Below, in pieces: positions 62,326 to 64,000 of a stretch of DNA of 64,000 nt. Source of the stretch: the human T2T-CHM13v2.0 reference genome, Homo sapiens. Position 1 is the first letter of the stretch. Each line of letters begins with the position of its first letter. The position numbers and the translations under genes are program-made. The stretch lies in assembly GCF_009914755.1 (NCBI RefSeq), contig NC_060927.1, one strand, 5' to 3'. Below the pieces are notes generated by a model. The model was not told the DNA's origin. It searched no databases and worked only from the letters and a program-made list of their open reading frames with translations.

Positions 62326-62739
62326 TTTTTTTTTTTTTTTTTTGCTCCGTTGCCTAGATTGGAGTTCAACGGTGTGATCTTTGCTCACTACAACCTCTAC
62401 CTCTTGTGCTCAAGCAATCCTCCCACCCCAGCCTCTCTAGTAGCTGGGTTTACAGGCACATGCCACCACCGGCCACATTTTTGTTTTTGTAGAGAGGAGG
62501 GTTTTGCCATGTTGCCATGTTGCTGGTCTCGAACTCCTGGGATCCTCAGCCTCCTGAGTAGGTAGGATTACAGGAACCTGAGGAAGCTGCCACTATGCCC
62601 AGCTAATTTTTGTAGTTTTAGTAGAGACGGGGCTTCACCATGTTGGCAAGGCTGCTCTCGAACTCCTGACCTCAAGCAATCCACCTGACTTGGCCTTCCC
62701 AATTGTTGAGACTACAGGCATGAGCGACCCTGCCCGGCC
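62326..62739 (-). mobile_element. Chimeric three-arm Alu (J-type portion)
   Basis: Right arm, partial left arm fused at ~62543 to a partial right arm, then a second left arm ending in gcccggcc. Confidence 0.8.
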
Positions 62740-62744
62740 ACAAA

Positions 62745-63815
62745 AAAATTTTTAAGACATCATGTTTCGGAAATTTTATGTTCGCAGAAAACTTGAGAGG
62801 AAGGCATAGAGATATCCCATATGCCTGTGCCCCCACACATGCACAGCCTCCCCCACTATCAATATTTTAGTTAGAATGGCGTATTCGTGACAACTGTATC
62901 AGCGTCTCATTATCACCCAAAGGGCATAATTGACATCAGGATTCACTCTTGATTTTGTATGTTCTAAGGGTTTGTACAAACTTATAATATCATGTATCCA
63001 ACATTATAGTATCTGTCATACAACAGTATTTCCACTGCCCTAGAAACCCTCTATGTTCTTGCCTATTCATTTCCCTTTCCTTTTAACCCCTGGCTACTAC
63101 TCATCTTTTTACAGACTTCATTATTTTGCCTTTTTCAGAGCATCATATAGTTGGAATCACACACTATGTAGCCTTTTCAGATTGGCTTCCTTCACTTAAT
63201 ATGCATTTACATTTCCTCCATGTATTTTCATAGCTCATTTCTTTTTAACGCCATCTAATTCATGAATAATACCCCACTTTCTTGATATACTACAGTTTAT
63301 TCATTCACCTACTGAAGGATATCTTGGTTGCCTCCAATTTTTGGCAATTATGAATAAAGCTGCTAGAAACACGTATGTTCAGTTTTTTGTGTAGTTGTGT
63401 TCTCATTTCTTTTGGATAAATAGTATGATTGTTGGATTGTACGGTAAGAGCATGTTTAATTTGGTAAGAAACCACCAAACTGTCTTCCCAAGTGGCTGTA
63501 CCATTTTTGCGTTCCCACCGGCAATGAATGAGTTCTTTGTGCTCCATTTCTTCACCAGCATTTGGTGATGCCAGTGTTACGCATTTTCATCATTCTAGTG
63601 ATGTATAGTAGTATATCTTTGTTGTTTTAATTTGCATTTCCCTGATGACATATGATGTGGAGCATCTCTTCATGTGCTTATTGGCCATGTGTGTCTCTTC
63701 TTTGGTGAGGTGTCTATTAAGGTTTTTGGCTTATTTTTTAAATCAGGGTTTTTTATTATTGAGTTTTTAGAAATTTTTTTGTATATTTTGTGTAAGTATT
63801 TTTCCAGACATGTCT
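62745..63815 (-). mobile_element. L1MC-type 3' end
   Basis: ccccacacatgcacagcctcccccactatcaa...cattatcacccaaa...ccactgccctagaaaccctct 3'UTR, then ORF2 C-terminal remnants. Confidence 0.8.
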
Positions 63816-64000
63816 TTTTGCAATCATCATTACCTTTGATAGTACAGAACACTGTGTGGAAAATTCGAGATGTTTATGAGTAGGGAGAAATTCAAATTTG
63901 GCTTCTGAAAGTGAGAAATTTTACCTTAACATTTATTTAGCTTATACTTTACTTTTAATATTTGGCCAGATTAATATATTATAAATGTATGCCTAAATGG

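Overview
This is AT-rich primate (human-like) non-coding DNA, probably a large intron or intergenic block. I could not recognise any intact protein-coding gene, RNA gene or CRISPR array. Roughly half of the window is transposon-derived. It contains a near full-length old L1MA-type LINE on the minus strand (~5850-20098) with four nested insertions (an MSTA LTR, two Alus and a full-length inactivated L1PA3). It also has about 17 Alus, Tigger/Charlie/MER/Tc2 DNA-transposon fossils, and THE1, MER21 and MLT LTRs. The most notable element is a ~1.27-kb full-length processed retrocopy of an apparently non-coding 5'TOP-type spliced transcript (46250-47522). It has TSDs, a possible cap-derived G, a poly(A) signal and tail, and a retained CpG-rich 5' end, and it shares its target site with an Alu. 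Other structural observations: an ancient ~1.3-kb local duplication whose copies carry different insertions, an ~80-bp TSD around an L1PB fragment, a perfect 157-bp tandem duplication, and several fold-back palindrome scars. Repeat subfamily names come from recalled consensus sequences, not from a search.
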